A DNA stretch of 29,634 bases from an uncultured Verrucomicrobiae bacterium (GCA_963788655.1 CAWBHS010000015.1:1-29634); one strand, 5' to 3'; counted from the stretch's first letter, positions 1-10,898 are shown. The notes: generated by a model from the letters alone, not told the origin. Translations and numbers: made by a program.

Positions 1-2
1 TT

Positions 3-94
3 TGGCGGAGAGAGGGGGATTCGAACCCCCGATACAGTTTTATCCGTATAACGGTTTAGCAAACCGTCGCCTTCAGCCACTCGGCCATCTCTCC
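3..94 (-). tRNA. tRNA-Ser (anticodon GCT)
   Basis: Reverse complement reads GGAGAGATGGCCGAGTGGCTGAAGGCG-ACGGT-TTGCTAA-ACCGT-(long variable arm)-GGGGGTTCGAATCCCCC-TCTCTCCGCCA. It has an acceptor stem, D-loop GG, GCT anticodon, T-loop TTCGAAT and encoded CCA. Confidence 0.97.
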
Positions 95-220
95 ATCAAC
101 GCCTTGCGTTGAATTCTTGAGGTTCCGCTGAACCCTAGGATCGCACCTGCTGATGCCTTCGTCGAGGTTGCTGACTCTGCAACTTGCGCATCCCGAACCT
201 GTTCAATTTAGGCAGGACAT

Positions 221-248
221 ATTATGGCCGGGTTAAGTTCGGTGGCAA
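221..248 (-). promoter_or_regulatory. Putative sigma70 promoter of tRNA-Ser
   Basis: Minus strand TTGCCA-N16-CATAAT, ~125 nt upstream of the tRNA 5' end and correctly oriented. Confidence 0.55.
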
Positions 249-520
249 GCCCATTTGCAGAAGTTTGCGGCAAAGCCGGGTTATGCCCTGATCCGATCGA
301 GTGAATCGGCCGAGAAGAAGCTGGCGATGGCCAAGAAAGATATTGCTGCCAACCAACACCCATCAAAGCGTAGCAACGACGAGCGCAACACGGGAGGAGC
401 CAATTTTCGACCGGTCAATTGCCGTCAAAGACCCTGAGGGTCCGGATGTCGTCAAAGCTTTGCCCAACGTGCCGCCAGTGCGTATGAACAGACGCGATCC
501 TGCCAACGTCTGGTTTTCGT

Positions 521-2286
521 ATGAAGCATCCGATAAGCCGCACGCGGGCCACAGCGTTGATTATATTAATGGCAGTCGGTTGGGCAGTCAGATCCCTGCC
601 GGCCGCCGAGGTGATTCTGGAAGTGAGGAGTGGTCCGCCCACGGCGCAATGGCAGGCAATCCGCACGTCGGCCACCGAGGATGGTCGAGCGGTCGTGCCA
701 ATTCCGGTGATTGACGGCAAGGCCATCCTGACGCGGCCCGAGCAGAGCATCATGACGCTGACGAGTGCAAAGAGCGACCAGCCGCAGGCCGGCACAGGGC
801 TACTCCAAACCGATTTTACCGAGGCTGCCGAACGCGCGCGGTGGTCGAAGACGCCCGAGGCGCGTTGGATGAACGAGGGGCGCGGGGGCGGCATAGCATT
901 GCGCGTGCAAGTGGCGGGGACGGCCAAGGGCCCCACCGCCATGATTCGCCGACCATTGGACCTGACGGCTTATCGCGGGATGCAACTGCAGTTTACATGC
1001 ATGGCGAAAGCGGACGGGGTGAGCCAGCCGCCCGAGACTTACAATGGCGTGAAATTCATGCTCCACTTCAAATCGCCTTCGCTCGGCTCGAGTTGGCACA
1101 ACGTCAATCATGTTTACGGCACGTTCGACTGGAAGGAACTGTCGTTTGTGGTAGCCATTCCCGAAGATGCCGAGCAGGGCGAACTCGACTTGGGATTGCA
1201 GAATTCGACCGGCACGGCGTGGTTCGACGACCTGGCCGTGATCGTAGCGCGCGGTACGCCGCCCCGGCGGCCCGCACCGATGGCCAATCCGCCACCGCCG
1301 TTCAAGGGCCATGCCCTGCCCCGGCTCCGCGGCGTAATGTCGCCGAATAAGTTTCGCGATGAAGACCTGCGCGTGCTGGGCCAGGAATGGCGCGCCAACC
1401 TCATCCGCTGGCAGATCACCCGCAACTGGGGCCGGCCCAACACGGACCTCGATCTCGTCGATTACGATCGTTGGATCGACAGCGAATTAGCCGACTTGGA
1501 TCAAGCCCTGGCGGCATGCCGCCGCTATGGTCTCAAAGCCGTGGTGGACCTTCACTCGCCGCCGGGTGGGCGTTACGAAGACAATAGTGTGCGGATGTTT
1601 CACGAGGCGGTTTACCAGGACCATTTCGTGGAGGTTTGGCAGAAGATCGCGCGCCGCTATCGGGGCAATCCGGCCATCTGGAGCTACGATCTCGTCAACG
1701 AGCCGGTGCAAGGCAAGCCTTCGCCGGCGGGCATCGCCGACTGGCTGGGCGCCCAGGTCCGGGCGGCCAAAGCCATTCGCGCCATCGATCCCGAGACGCC
1801 CATCATCATTGAGGCCGAGGATTGGGATTCGCCCACCGGTTACCGCTACCTCGAACCCGTGGACGTGCCGCGGGTCATCTACCAGGTCCATATATATTGG
1901 CCGCACAGCTTCACCCATCAGGGGGTGTCTGGGGCACGGACGGGCGTAACGTATCCGGGCGTGATCGAGGGCCGGCCATGCGACCAGGAAGCCTTGCGAC
2001 AATTCCTTCAGCCCGTGCGCGAGTTTCAACTGGCTTACAACGTGCATATCTATTGCGGCGAATTCAGCGCCATCCGCTGGGCGCCCGGCGCGGCGCATTA
2101 CCTGAAAGACTGCATCGAACTGTTCGAAGAATACGGCTGGGACTGGTCGTACCGATGCCTACCGCGAATGGGACGGTTGGAGTGTCGAGCACGGTCCGGA
2201 TCCGAACGATCACCAACCCACCGTCGAACCAACTGACCGGAAACAGTCTGTTGCTCTATTGGTTTGCCAAGAACCAGAAACCGTAA
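521..2286 (+). CDS. Secreted GH5 (cellulase-family) glycoside hydrolase with N-terminal CBM4/9-like module; two apparent +1 indels near 2153 and 2247
   Basis: Signal peptide; 'HNVNHVYGTFDWKELSF...GTAWFDDL' CBM-like sandwich; GH5 motifs VVDLH, YDLVNEP (acid/base) and IYCGEF (nucleophile). Removing one base at each site restores ...WSYHAYREWDGWSVEH...TDRKQLLLYWFAKNQKP*. Confidence 0.85.
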
Positions 2287-2470
2287 GCTGGCTCAAGAGG
2301 CTTGAGCGGGAACCGTTCGACGCCGTCCGGACGTTGTTGATCTACAGGGGGATTTCGTCGGAGGAAACGTTGGCATAGCCGGCGACGGACGGGCGTTAGT
2401 TCGAAACCGTTCGCCCCACCCCGGCTCGAAGCAGTTGAATCTGGTCGCCGCCAGCCCTACGCTCGCCTGC

Positions 2471-5400
2471 ATGAAAACCGTCTTCGTCTTTACAATCAGT
2501 GTTTTGTTGATCACCGCCGCAGCCCGGGCGGACAATATCGAAGTTCTTTTCGACGCCACCGGGGTGGCGGCGTGGGATGTCGCGCGCGACGCGGATCGGT
2601 TGCAGCGCGAGTTCTCCGTGAGTGAAGTCAGCGCGACCACGAATCCACCGGCCCTCGACTGGCGGTTTGTGTCGCGTGGGGTCACGTTCAACGATCTCTT
2701 TCTCCGGCGCCCCATTGCGCGGGACTTCACCCGCGTCCGGGTACGGATCAGGAATGAAGGCGCGGCCGTCACGCTCGCGGCCAAGGTGCGCGAAGCCAGT
2801 GGCGCGGAGTGGACGGTGCGTTCCGTTCCGCTCGGTGCCAGCAATGACTGGCAATGGATCGAGTTTGCCCGCCCGGATTGGCATCCGGCCGGTTGGTCGC
2901 GCGACGCCGACAAGCGGTTGGATTTTCCGCTGGAATATTTCACCCTCATCGCGTTCGACGTCAAAGCGGGCGCGGAATACCGGCTGCGTGTCGCGCGCGT
3001 GGAAGTCGTGCGTCCCGACCCACCGGTACTGAGCGTTGAAGCGTTTGCGTTGCCGAGCCAACTCCGCGCCGGCGAAGCGGCGCGGCTCACGCTTGCGTTC
3101 ACCTTGGACCAAGCCGCGTTAACTGATGAAGCCCATCTCGTCTTCCGCCAAGGAAATGTCGAGTTGCTCCGGGTGCCTCTGGCGTTGCCCACCCCGGCGT
3201 CAAAGCTGGCCCCCGCGGAACGTGTGCGGTTGCGGGATATCGAGTTTCGCGTACCGCTCTACGCGCCTGGTGGCGAGTTTACTGTCGTCCCGGAAATCGG
3301 CGGCGCGCGGCTGTCAGACAATTCACCAGTGGTCACCGTCACGATCCAATCCCGCGCACCCGGCAAGACGGTGGCCGAGGTCAAAGTCCACCACGGCACG
3401 CCGACGCTCTTCATCAATGGTGAACCCCACAACGGCATGGCTTGGGCCACCTACGGTCCGACGTCGGCGGTCTTTCGCGATTTCACGCAAGCCGGTGTTA
3501 CACTCTACACGTTCAGCGGCACGCCCACGGAAGGCGGTTACGGGCTGAGCAAGACGGTCTGGGTCGCGCCGGACCAATTCGATTACTCCGAGTTTGACCA
3601 GCGCGTCATGATGTTGCTGCGCGTCAACCCGAACGCCTATTTCTTTCCGCGTCTTTACCTGCACGCGCCCAAGTGGTGGAGCGAGCGTCATCCCGACGAC
3701 GTGGTGCTGACTGATCCAGGCGATGGCAAGCCGCGCCCGTTCATTCACAGCGGCGGGAAGCCGGCGCCAAGCTGGGCTTCGGCAGCGTGGCGGCGCGACA
3801 CGGTCGCCGCGCTCCGGCGCATGATCGCGCACATTGAAGCCTCGCCTTATGCCGACCGCATCATTGGTTACCACCTCGCCTCCGGCACTACCGAGGAATG
3901 GATGATGTGGGGCGGCAACGAAAATGAATGGATGGATTATTCGCCGGTCAACGTCGGGCACTTTCGGCAATGGCTGCGCGAGACGTATGGTTCGCTTGCG
4001 CAACTCCGACGCGCCTGGCGCAATGAGGAGGTGACGTTCGACACCGCCACCATTCCGACGAAGTCCCGGCGCCAGTGGACTGGCCTCGGCGCGTTACGCG
4101 ACCCGGCGCGCGAGCAAGCCACCATTGATTTCTACCGCTACAACTCCGATCTCGTGGCGGAGACGATCAATTATTTCGCCGCGGGCGGTGAAGGAGGCAA
4201 CGCACCGCGAAAAAATTGTGGGCGTGTTCTATGGTTACCTCCTCCAACTTTGCGGCGAGCAGCGCCAACAAAACGCCGGGCACCTGGCGCTGGCCCAGGT
4301 CCTCGCGTCGCCCGATGTGGACTTCCTGACCAGCCCGACCAGCTACGCCTTCCGGCAACTCGGCGGCGAAGGCACCGCGCATTTCATGTCGCTCTTTGAC
4401 AGTGTCAAGCTGCACGGAAAAGTGTGGTTCAACGAAAATGACGTGCGCACCTCTTTGTCCGGCGGGCAAGTAGGCGAGTGGGGACGGCCCGCCAACCTCG
4501 ACGGCGACATAATTCAGCAGGACAAGGAACTTGCCCTCGCGTTGGTCAACGGTGCCGCGCAATGGTGGTTCGACGTCGGTGGCAACAAATACAACCACCC
4601 GCGCCTCATGGGCCGCATTGGCGAATTGGTGACAGCCGCCCGCACTGTCCAGTCGTTCGACCGCAGCGCCGTGGACGAAATCGCCTTCGTGGTGGACGCG
4701 CAGAGTCTTTGCTACCTGCGCGTGGGCGACCCGCTCGGCAACTGGCTGCTGCTGGGCCAACTGCCCGCACTCCAACGCATCGGCGCGCCGGTCGGGCATT
4801 ACCTGGTCACTGATTTGCCGCAACTCCATCGACCGAAGGTGTTCCTTTTTCCCACGAGCTTTGCTCCGACCGCGGAAGACCGGCGAGCAGTGGATGCCCT
4901 CAAATGCGACGGCCACGTGCTGGTATTCTTTGGCATGCCCGGCTTGTACCGCGACGGGCAACTGGATGAGCTGGCGATGCGCGAGTTCACCGGGATTGGC
5001 CTCCGGCTGACAAACGAGCCCGCATCGTTGCGGGTTACCTTGCGCGACGGCCATCCGCTCACTGCCGGGCTGGCCGGCAGCACCTATGGTGTGGAGCATA
5101 AAACTTCACCGAGCCTGCTACGCCGATGATCCGGAAGCCACGGTGCTCGGCAACTTGCCCGGCGGTCGTGCCGGCTTGGTGGTAAAGCAGCACCGCGATT
5201 GGACCGCCATTTACTCCGCGGCGCCGCTAATGCCGACGCCGTTGCTCCGCCGCATCGCCGAAGTCGGGAAAGTCCACTGTTACACCGAGGCGGGCGACGT
5301 GGTTTGGGCCACTCACGATCTGGTCGGAGTGAGCGTGAACCAGCCCGGCCCCCGAGTCATTACGCTGGCGCGGCCCGCGACGGTGCAGGACCTTTACCGG

Positions 5401-5481
5401 GGCACGCGGATTGGAGACAACTTGCGCTCGTTCCGAGTGGACTTCGACGCGCGGGGAACGCGAGTCTTCATCCTGAAATGA
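2471..5481 (+). CDS. Large secreted GH42-like (beta-galactosidase-type, clan GH-A) glycoside hydrolase; apparent +1 indels near 4184 and 5115
   Basis: Signal peptide MKTVFVFTISVLLITAAARA; 'GTPTLFING', 'FDYSEFD', 'PSWASAAWR', 'IIGYHLASGTTEEW', 'DYSP...FRQWLRETYGSLAQLRRAW...VTFDTATIP' and 'WFNEND'. ORFs 2435..4399, 4125..5129 and 5086..5481 join by single-base removal. Confidence 0.75.
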
Positions 5482-5525
5482 GCTGAGCTCGCCAAAAGCC
5501 AGGAACGTGGTCTTATGAAAACAAG

Positions 5526-5556
5526 AAATCGCACCGGTGGGATACCGGTGCGATTT
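5526..5556. terminator. Probable bidirectional intrinsic terminator
   Basis: Perfect 13-bp hairpin AAATCGCACCGGT-gggat-ACCGGTGCGATTT between convergent genes ending at 5481 and 5586. Confidence 0.7.
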
Positions 5557-5585
5557 GTTCGGAGTTTGTTAGGGGTGGCAGCGGG

Positions 5586-6852
5586 CTACCGGGGCAGCAA
5601 TTCGTATTTGTGTTCCTTGGGTTGGGCGGCGGCGCGTTGTTGTTTCACCACCACTGCTTCTTCTTCGTCCAGTGCCGCCAGCAGTTCCTGGCCGGCTTGT
5701 TGCACTTTGGGAGATTTGTGACTGGCCAGGGGTACCTCAATCTGCCGCCAGCGGAAGAAATGAACGTTGTTGTGTTGGAGCGTCAGTTGGTGGACTTCCA
5801 TCGCCTGATTGAGCATGGGGCTCGGCAACGGCGCCAGGTTGATTCCTTCGGCCAGTTGCTCCTTGGTGAATTCGCCGGCTGAGAGGCCGTCAATGCGCAG
5901 CGTGTACTCGTTGGCGGTCAGGCCGGTTACTTTCAGCGGCTGCTGATCGAGGGCCTGTAGGAAGTCCGATGAATTGACGGCCAGGGCGGTCACCGGATCG
6001 CGCATCATTACCGGCATCGGCAAGGCATCGTCCATTTGGGTCCAGGCCACGGTATCGCCGACGGCCAGGCCGGAAACCTGCGTATTCTTCTGGCTGACGA
6101 CCTTCTTGCCGGCCGCGTCGATTTCGACGGCGGTCACCAAGCTGGGCGCGTTCCAGGACTTCAGCAAATCCTCCGCCATCAGCAAATGGCCCGCTTGTCC
6201 CGGATGCACGCGATCGGGGATGATTTTTTTGGCCAGCTCGGGATCCTTGGCCTTGGCCTTTTCCAACGCGGCCACCATGGGGGTGTTCAAGTCGGCGACG
6301 TTCAGATGGTCGCGTTCGCCGAGTTGTTTTACAAACTCGCCGTAGCGCACCATCACACTGATTGTAGCCGCCTTCGAAGCGCGGCCGTTGCGTGACATCG
6401 TCGAAGGGCGAGGGTTGGATCACCGTGATGCGAATGTCGGGCAACGTTTTCTTCACGGAGTCAATGATGTGTTCGTAGCCTTTGCTAAAGGTTTCAAAAA
6501 TGCTCTGGTCGTAAGGGCGATACGAGCCGTCGTTCATGCCCAACATGATGGTCATCACGGTGGGCTTGTAGGCAAACACGTCGCGTTGCAGCCGCAAATC
6601 AATCGGGCCGCCGCCGCCGCCGGTGACGCGGTCGCCGCCCCATCCGGAATGGACGAAGCTCACGTCCATTTTCGGAAAGCGCGTGACGACGTAGGTTTCG
6701 GTGAACGTGGTGTATAGCCGTTGGTCCGTGATGCTGTCGCCGTAGAAGACTACGCGGTCGCCGTTGTGGAGATAAAAGGGTTTTTCCTGGGCGGAGGCCA
6801 AAGCGACCGCAGTGAAGAGAAATAGACAGGGCAGAATCGGTTTCAGTTTCAT
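5586..6852 (-). CDS. Secreted SGNH/GDSL hydrolase (probable carbohydrate esterase); apparent +1 indel near 6360
   Basis: Signal peptide MKLKPILPCLFLFTAVALASAQ; SGNH blocks FYGDSIT, GWGG, LGMND and DRVHP, split over ORFs 5890..6894 and 5586..6398. Confidence 0.85.
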
Positions 6853-6890
6853 CGAGCGAAAGGATGCCTGACCGGACGGAATGCGCAATG

Positions 6891-8960
6891 TCATTTTGCG
6901 GTCCGGATCATCCGAATTTCAGCGAGCTCTACCAGCAGCACGACCAAGCGGCCCAGGGTGGCACTCTGCACGATGACGCCCTCCGATTCCACCGCCACGC
7001 TGTTGGCGTGCAGGCAGGAGGCGTTCCGCGTAATGACTTCGTAAATTGCGGGGGTGCGCTGGAGTGGACGCGCGGCGATGAGCAGCACGTCATTTCGATT
7101 ATAGGTGCGCCGGCCATACAGCACCGAGTCGAGCGTGATCTTGCTATTCACCAGACTTTTGAACTGGCCTTCCACAAAGTCCTTTTTCCGCAGCAACAAT
7201 CCCACGCGCTCGGTAGTCAATTGGGTTTCCTCGCTCGACCCACCGGACTGCAAGCGGATGCGGGCGACGTTGAAGACCGCCAATTCCGGCACCAGATACG
7301 GTTTGGCAAACTGCACCCGCGTGTCATCGGCGGCATCAACTTTGCCCGCCAGAAACGAGCCGCCCGTCAAGACGACGCCAGGTGAAGTCGGCTCGTTGGG
7401 TGGCGCCGAATCGGTAGCGTCAACCGGAAACAAGTAACGGGCCGGGATGATCGACCGCGACACCGATGGTCCTTTCCACAGCAAGCGCACCACCGCTTCA
7501 CCGCTGCTCTCGAAGTATTCTAATTTCAAATTGTACTTTTTGCCCGCCTCCAAGGAAATGGTCCCTTTGGATTCAGCGACACTCTGGTTGCGCCAAGCGT
7601 CGATCAGTTTCCGGTTGTTGATCCAGAGGCGCACACCGTCGTCGCTTTCGGTGTAGAAGGTGTATTCCCCTTTGGCCGGCGTTTCGATCTGGCCGGTCCA
7701 GCGAACGCTGAAATTGTCCTGGCCCATTCCTTCCATTGGGCGGCCGGATTTCCAATTGAAATCAATGGTTGAATCAATGCGCCGCCGGCTGGCCCCGGCC
7801 AAATCGTGGGTGCTGAAATACATGCCCGCGAGGCCGTGCTCGGCGCGAGTGAGCGCAGGGCTTGGTTGGGCGTCCTCGGGCGGGGGATAAAGATATTCCC
7901 CCGGCACAATCGCGCGCGGTTTACCGGGCGGCCGCCAGAATAACCGCGCCACGGCAGTGCCGCCTTGCTCATAATGTTCCATCTTCAAGGCATAGCGTTT
8001 GCCGGCCTGAAGCTCCATGCCGCCTTCGTGGATCAGGTTGCTGTGATTGTTCCATTGGTCAATGATCCGGTGGCCACCAATCCAGAGCCGAACGCCGTCG
8101 TTGCTTTCCGTGTAAAACGTGTATTTGCCAGTGACCGGAGCTTCGAGTTGGCCTTCCCAACGGTCGCTGAAATTCTCGGGCGGAATGCCGGGCATGGGGG
8201 CGCCGGATTTCCAGTCAAAATCGATGACCGCATCCAACCGGCTTTTGCCTTCGCCCTGGAGTTGCTGGTTGCGGAAATACGTGCCGCGCACACCATGCGG
8301 TGAGGCGGGCATAGCCGACAGCGGACGGAGCACTTTGAGTTGGTTGAGACTGATTGTTCGGGCGTTCCCGTTCGCCTCCCGAACCACCAGCGCCGACGGG
8401 CTGAGTTGGATTGAGCCTTGCCACGTCTTGCCGTCCACCGTCTGAACTTCACCAGGGAACGTGAACGGCGGCTTGCGCTCGGACGGTGGTTGGTCAGCGT
8501 CCTTGTCCGGCACCGCCGCGTTGGCGGTACGGGCGGGGTTAGTTTGCTTGGGCTCACGTTGCCGAGCAGGGGTTGGGATCAGTTGCTTCTGCGCGGAAGC
8601 CGCCGCCTGACTTGCATCGGTCGTTGGCACGGCAGAGGAGGGTCGATGGGGTTGCGAATTTGATGAACCATGTGACGCTTCGGCTGCTTTGGGATCAGAA
8701 GCCTTTTGAGACATGGGTTTAACCTCCGTCGCACTCGAGCGTGACGCCGGATCGTTTTGAGCCAACAAGGACTTGGGGTCGGCGAAAGTTGTTCCGGTCG
8801 CTGACGAGAACGCCTCGGAGCGTGGGCTGGCCCGTTCCGGCCGGTTAACGAAGGCGATCAGTCCGGCGACGGTGACACCGAAAACCAACCCAATCCACGG
8901 ACTGGCTTTGATGAGTTGGTGCGCGAGGGTGACAGTCTTTTCGGGTTGCTGGCTCGTCAT
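6891..8960 (-). CDS. Membrane-anchored protein with two PA14 domains and several small beta-barrel repeats
   Basis: N-terminal TM (WIGLVFGVTVAGLIAFV); long S/P/A/Q-rich linker; two PA14 copies ('IDFDWKSGAP..ENFSDRWEGQLEAPVTGKYTFYTESNDGVRLWI' and 'DNFSVRWTGQIETPAKGEYTFYTESDDGVRLWINN'). Confidence 0.88.
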   Translation of the reverse strand: MTSQQPEKTVTLAHQLIKASPWIGLVFGVTVAGLIAFVNRPERASPRSEAFSSATGTTFADPKSLLAQNDPASRSSATEVKPMSQKASDPKAAEASHGSSNSQPHRPSSAVPTTDASQAAASAQKQLIPTPARQREPKQTNPARTANAAVPDKDADQPPSERKPPFTFPGEVQTVDGKTWQGSIQLSPSALVVREANGNARTISLNQLKVLRPLSAMPASPHGVRGTYFRNQQLQGEGKSRLDAVIDFDWKSGAPMPGIPPENFSDRWEGQLEAPVTGKYTFYTESNDGVRLWIGGHRIIDQWNNHSNLIHEGGMELQAGKRYALKMEHYEQGGTAVARLFWRPPGKPRAIVPGEYLYPPPEDAQPSPALTRAEHGLAGMYFSTHDLAGASRRRIDSTIDFNWKSGRPMEGMGQDNFSVRWTGQIETPAKGEYTFYTESDDGVRLWINNRKLIDAWRNQSVAESKGTISLEAGKKYNLKLEYFESSGEAVVRLLWKGPSVSRSIIPARYLFPVDATDSAPPNEPTSPGVVLTGGSFLAGKVDAADDTRVQFAKPYLVPELAVFNVARIRLQSGGSSEETQLTTERVGLLLRKKDFVEGQFKSLVNSKITLDSVLYGRRTYNRNDVLLIAARPLQRTPAIYEVITRNASCLHANSVAVESEGVIVQSATLGRLVVLLVELAEIRMIRTAK

Positions 8961-9023
8961 AGGGTTTACTGCGTATGCGGTCCGGAAACAGAGGCCGGTT
9001 GCACGGACGGCTGCCCGAGCGGA

Positions 9024-9563
9024 TCAATTCACTTTGTCCATTGGAGAAACGTGGCCATCGGCGAAGATGGCGTTCTTGGTGAAGTTCGTTCGGCCGAGGT
9101 GGAAATTCTCGTAGTCAAACATCAGCGGCGCAATTTCCGGCGGAATGGAAATGTTCAACGTATGGGGCCCAATAACCGGATTCTCAATCCGCTTGCTGCT
9201 GAAGATGAAGTTCCATTCGTAGCTGGTGCCGTTGGTCACCGAATAGCCGGGCTTGTCACTGGGGCACACGAACACGGGCGAATTGCTGCGGCCGAGATAC
9301 GGCGCGAGCAGCGTGGTGATGGCGGGCGGATTCGTATCGCCATTGCCGGGCCAGGGATTCGCCTCGGGCAGGAGGGATTGATGTTCGTCGGCATACATCG
9401 TGATCGCCACGCCAAGCTGCCGCAGGTTGCTCAGGCAAGTGATACTGTGGGCTTTGTCCTTGGACTTGCCGAGCACCGGCAGGAGCAGGCCGGCCAGAAT
9501 GGCGATGATGGCAATGACCACCAACAGTTCGATGAGGGTAAAGGCGCGAGAAAAGCGTTTCAT
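9024..9563 (-). CDS. Prepilin-type N-terminal cleavage/methylation protein with C-terminal H-X-DG motif (DUF1559/H-X9-DG family)
   Basis: [31 protein letters not shown], 'CLSNLRQLG', 'FVCPSD', 'FH...NAIFADGHV'. Confidence 0.92.
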   Translation of the reverse strand: MKRFSRAFTLIELLVVIAIIAILAGLLLPVLGKSKDKAHSITCLSNLRQLGVAITMYADEHQSLLPEANPWPGNGDTNPPAITTLLAPYLGRSNSPVFVCPSDKPGYSVTNGTSYEWNFIFSSKRIENPVIGPHTLNISIPPEIAPLMFDYENFHLGRTNFTKNAIFADGHVSPMDKVN

Positions 9564-10723
9564 TATTGTGGTGACTGATTGCGTTCGCGTTCCCCGAAGC
9601 GCTCGCGCAATTCGGTGACGCGCTGGTAAAACTGCATGCGCTGCTCGGGCGTCGAGTTTTGAATGCCGTTCATCATGCGGCTGGTCATGCGTTCCTGGAT
9701 CTGCGCCCGCATCCCCGGAAGGTTTAGCAATTGCCCCATCTGCTGCCGGCGTTCATCGGGTGGAAGATTTCGCAGTGCTTCCATGCGCTGGCGCATTTGT
9801 TGGGCACGCTCGCGTTCCTCGGGGGACATGGTGGCCAATTGCGCTTCGAATTGCTTCTGGCGGGTGGCGGCCTGTTCGGGCGTTATTTCCTCGCGGCCGA
9901 AACCCGGCGGCCCACCGCGCAGGCCAGGGCCTGGCAGCCCGGCGTCGGCATTGGTCGCAGCAGTCTCGGTAGGTTTAGCATCCGCAGGTGAGGCCAGTTC
10001 TGTGGTGCTGGCCGCAACCGCCGACGCGGAATTAGTGCTGGCGTTCTCACGTTCGGCAAGCACCGGTCGTGGGCCGCGGAAGAAGCGCGGTTGCAGAACA
10101 TAAAACACAGTCCATTTACGGCCCGTTTGTTTGGCCAGGCTCTGGACGGCTTGCGCCATGGGAGCTTGCTGCAAATCGAGTTGCACCAGTCCCATCGTGC
10201 CGTCCTCGGGGATAATCTGCGCCCGGGCAAAGCGCGCCAACGCGTAAGTGGCGAACTCCAGATCCTTGTCTGCGAGCTTCAACGTGACCAACGTGTTTTG
10301 GCTGCGGGCGTTGTCGCCGAACAGGAACGGTGGGGTGAACGGTCGGTTCTTCCAGGCTTTCCAGTCGCTGGTTTCGGCCGCCAGTTCGCCGCGCACCACA
10401 CGCTTCAATTGGCTCAATGACTTGCCGGTGGTGTAGAGTGGATAGACTGCTGTCCAGCGCGAGCGGGTTTGTTCGCTGATGATTTCCAGGACGCCTTCCA
10501 GCGGCATTTTGCGGACGTTCAGTGTGACCTTGCCCGTCACGGTGTTCTGCACGTAAATCGTTTCCCAGGTTTGCCACTCGATTTTGCTGATGACGCGGCG
10601 CACGTCGGCGTTGCGCACGTTGAGCGTCACGAGATTGCTGCGGGCCCGCACGGCAAGGTACGTGAACCAGAGCCCCAGCAGGGCGACCGCCAGCAGGCTC
10701 AGTTTTAAGATGGGCTTTTTCAT
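9563..10723 (-). CDS. Membrane-anchored protein with two secretin/TonB N-terminal (STN/N0-like) domains and a helical Q/R/E-rich tail; no beta-barrel
   Basis: N-terminal hydrophobic segment; '[15 protein letters not shown]...[21 protein letters not shown]' repeated as '[14 protein letters not shown]...[19 protein letters not shown]'; tail with 'SPEERER/PPDERRQ/TPEQRMQ' repeats; TAATG stop/start overlap with the pilin gene. Confidence 0.7.
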   Translation of the reverse strand: MKKPILKLSLLAVALLGLWFTYLAVRARSNLVTLNVRNADVRRVISKIEWQTWETIYVQNTVTGKVTLNVRKMPLEGVLEIISEQTRSRWTAVYPLYTTGKSLSQLKRVVRGELAAETSDWKAWKNRPFTPPFLFGDNARSQNTLVTLKLADKDLEFATYALARFARAQIIPEDGTMGLVQLDLQQAPMAQAVQSLAKQTGRKWTVFYVLQPRFFRGPRPVLAERENASTNSASAVAASTTELASPADAKPTETAATNADAGLPGPGLRGGPPGFGREEITPEQAATRQKQFEAQLATMSPEERERAQQMRQRMEALRNLPPDERRQQMGQLLNLPGMRAQIQERMTSRMMNGIQNSTPEQRMQFYQRVTELRERFGERERNQSPQ

Positions 10724-10898
10724 GTTCGTTGCGTCATTGCGCGGTTCAGGGCCTGCCTGGTTGGATTGGGCACAACTCGGCGCGGGCTGGTTTCGGAACT
10801 TTAGCCAGCCAGGACCAGTAACGGCAAGATGGGCTTCACCAGTTGGTATTCCAAGAGAAAAGCTTGGAGCGGAGGGCGAGCGGTGTTTGAAATACGCG

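Noticed and set aside
3..520. tRNA-Ser as integration site of a genomic island containing the CAZymes
   Set aside because: The tRNA 3' end points out of the window; no integrase or duplicated tRNA 3' fragment is seen inside it.
255..714. Short ORFs 255..437 and 301..714
   Set aside because: No recognisable motifs; the second overlaps the GH5 start in another frame.
2293..5099. Long antisense ORFs (2293..3192, 3323..4003, 4167..5099) and similar ones elsewhere (1487..2098, 16605..17453, 20504..21550, 22086..22862)
   Set aside because: They are shadows of well-supported genes on the opposite strand, expected in high-GC DNA.
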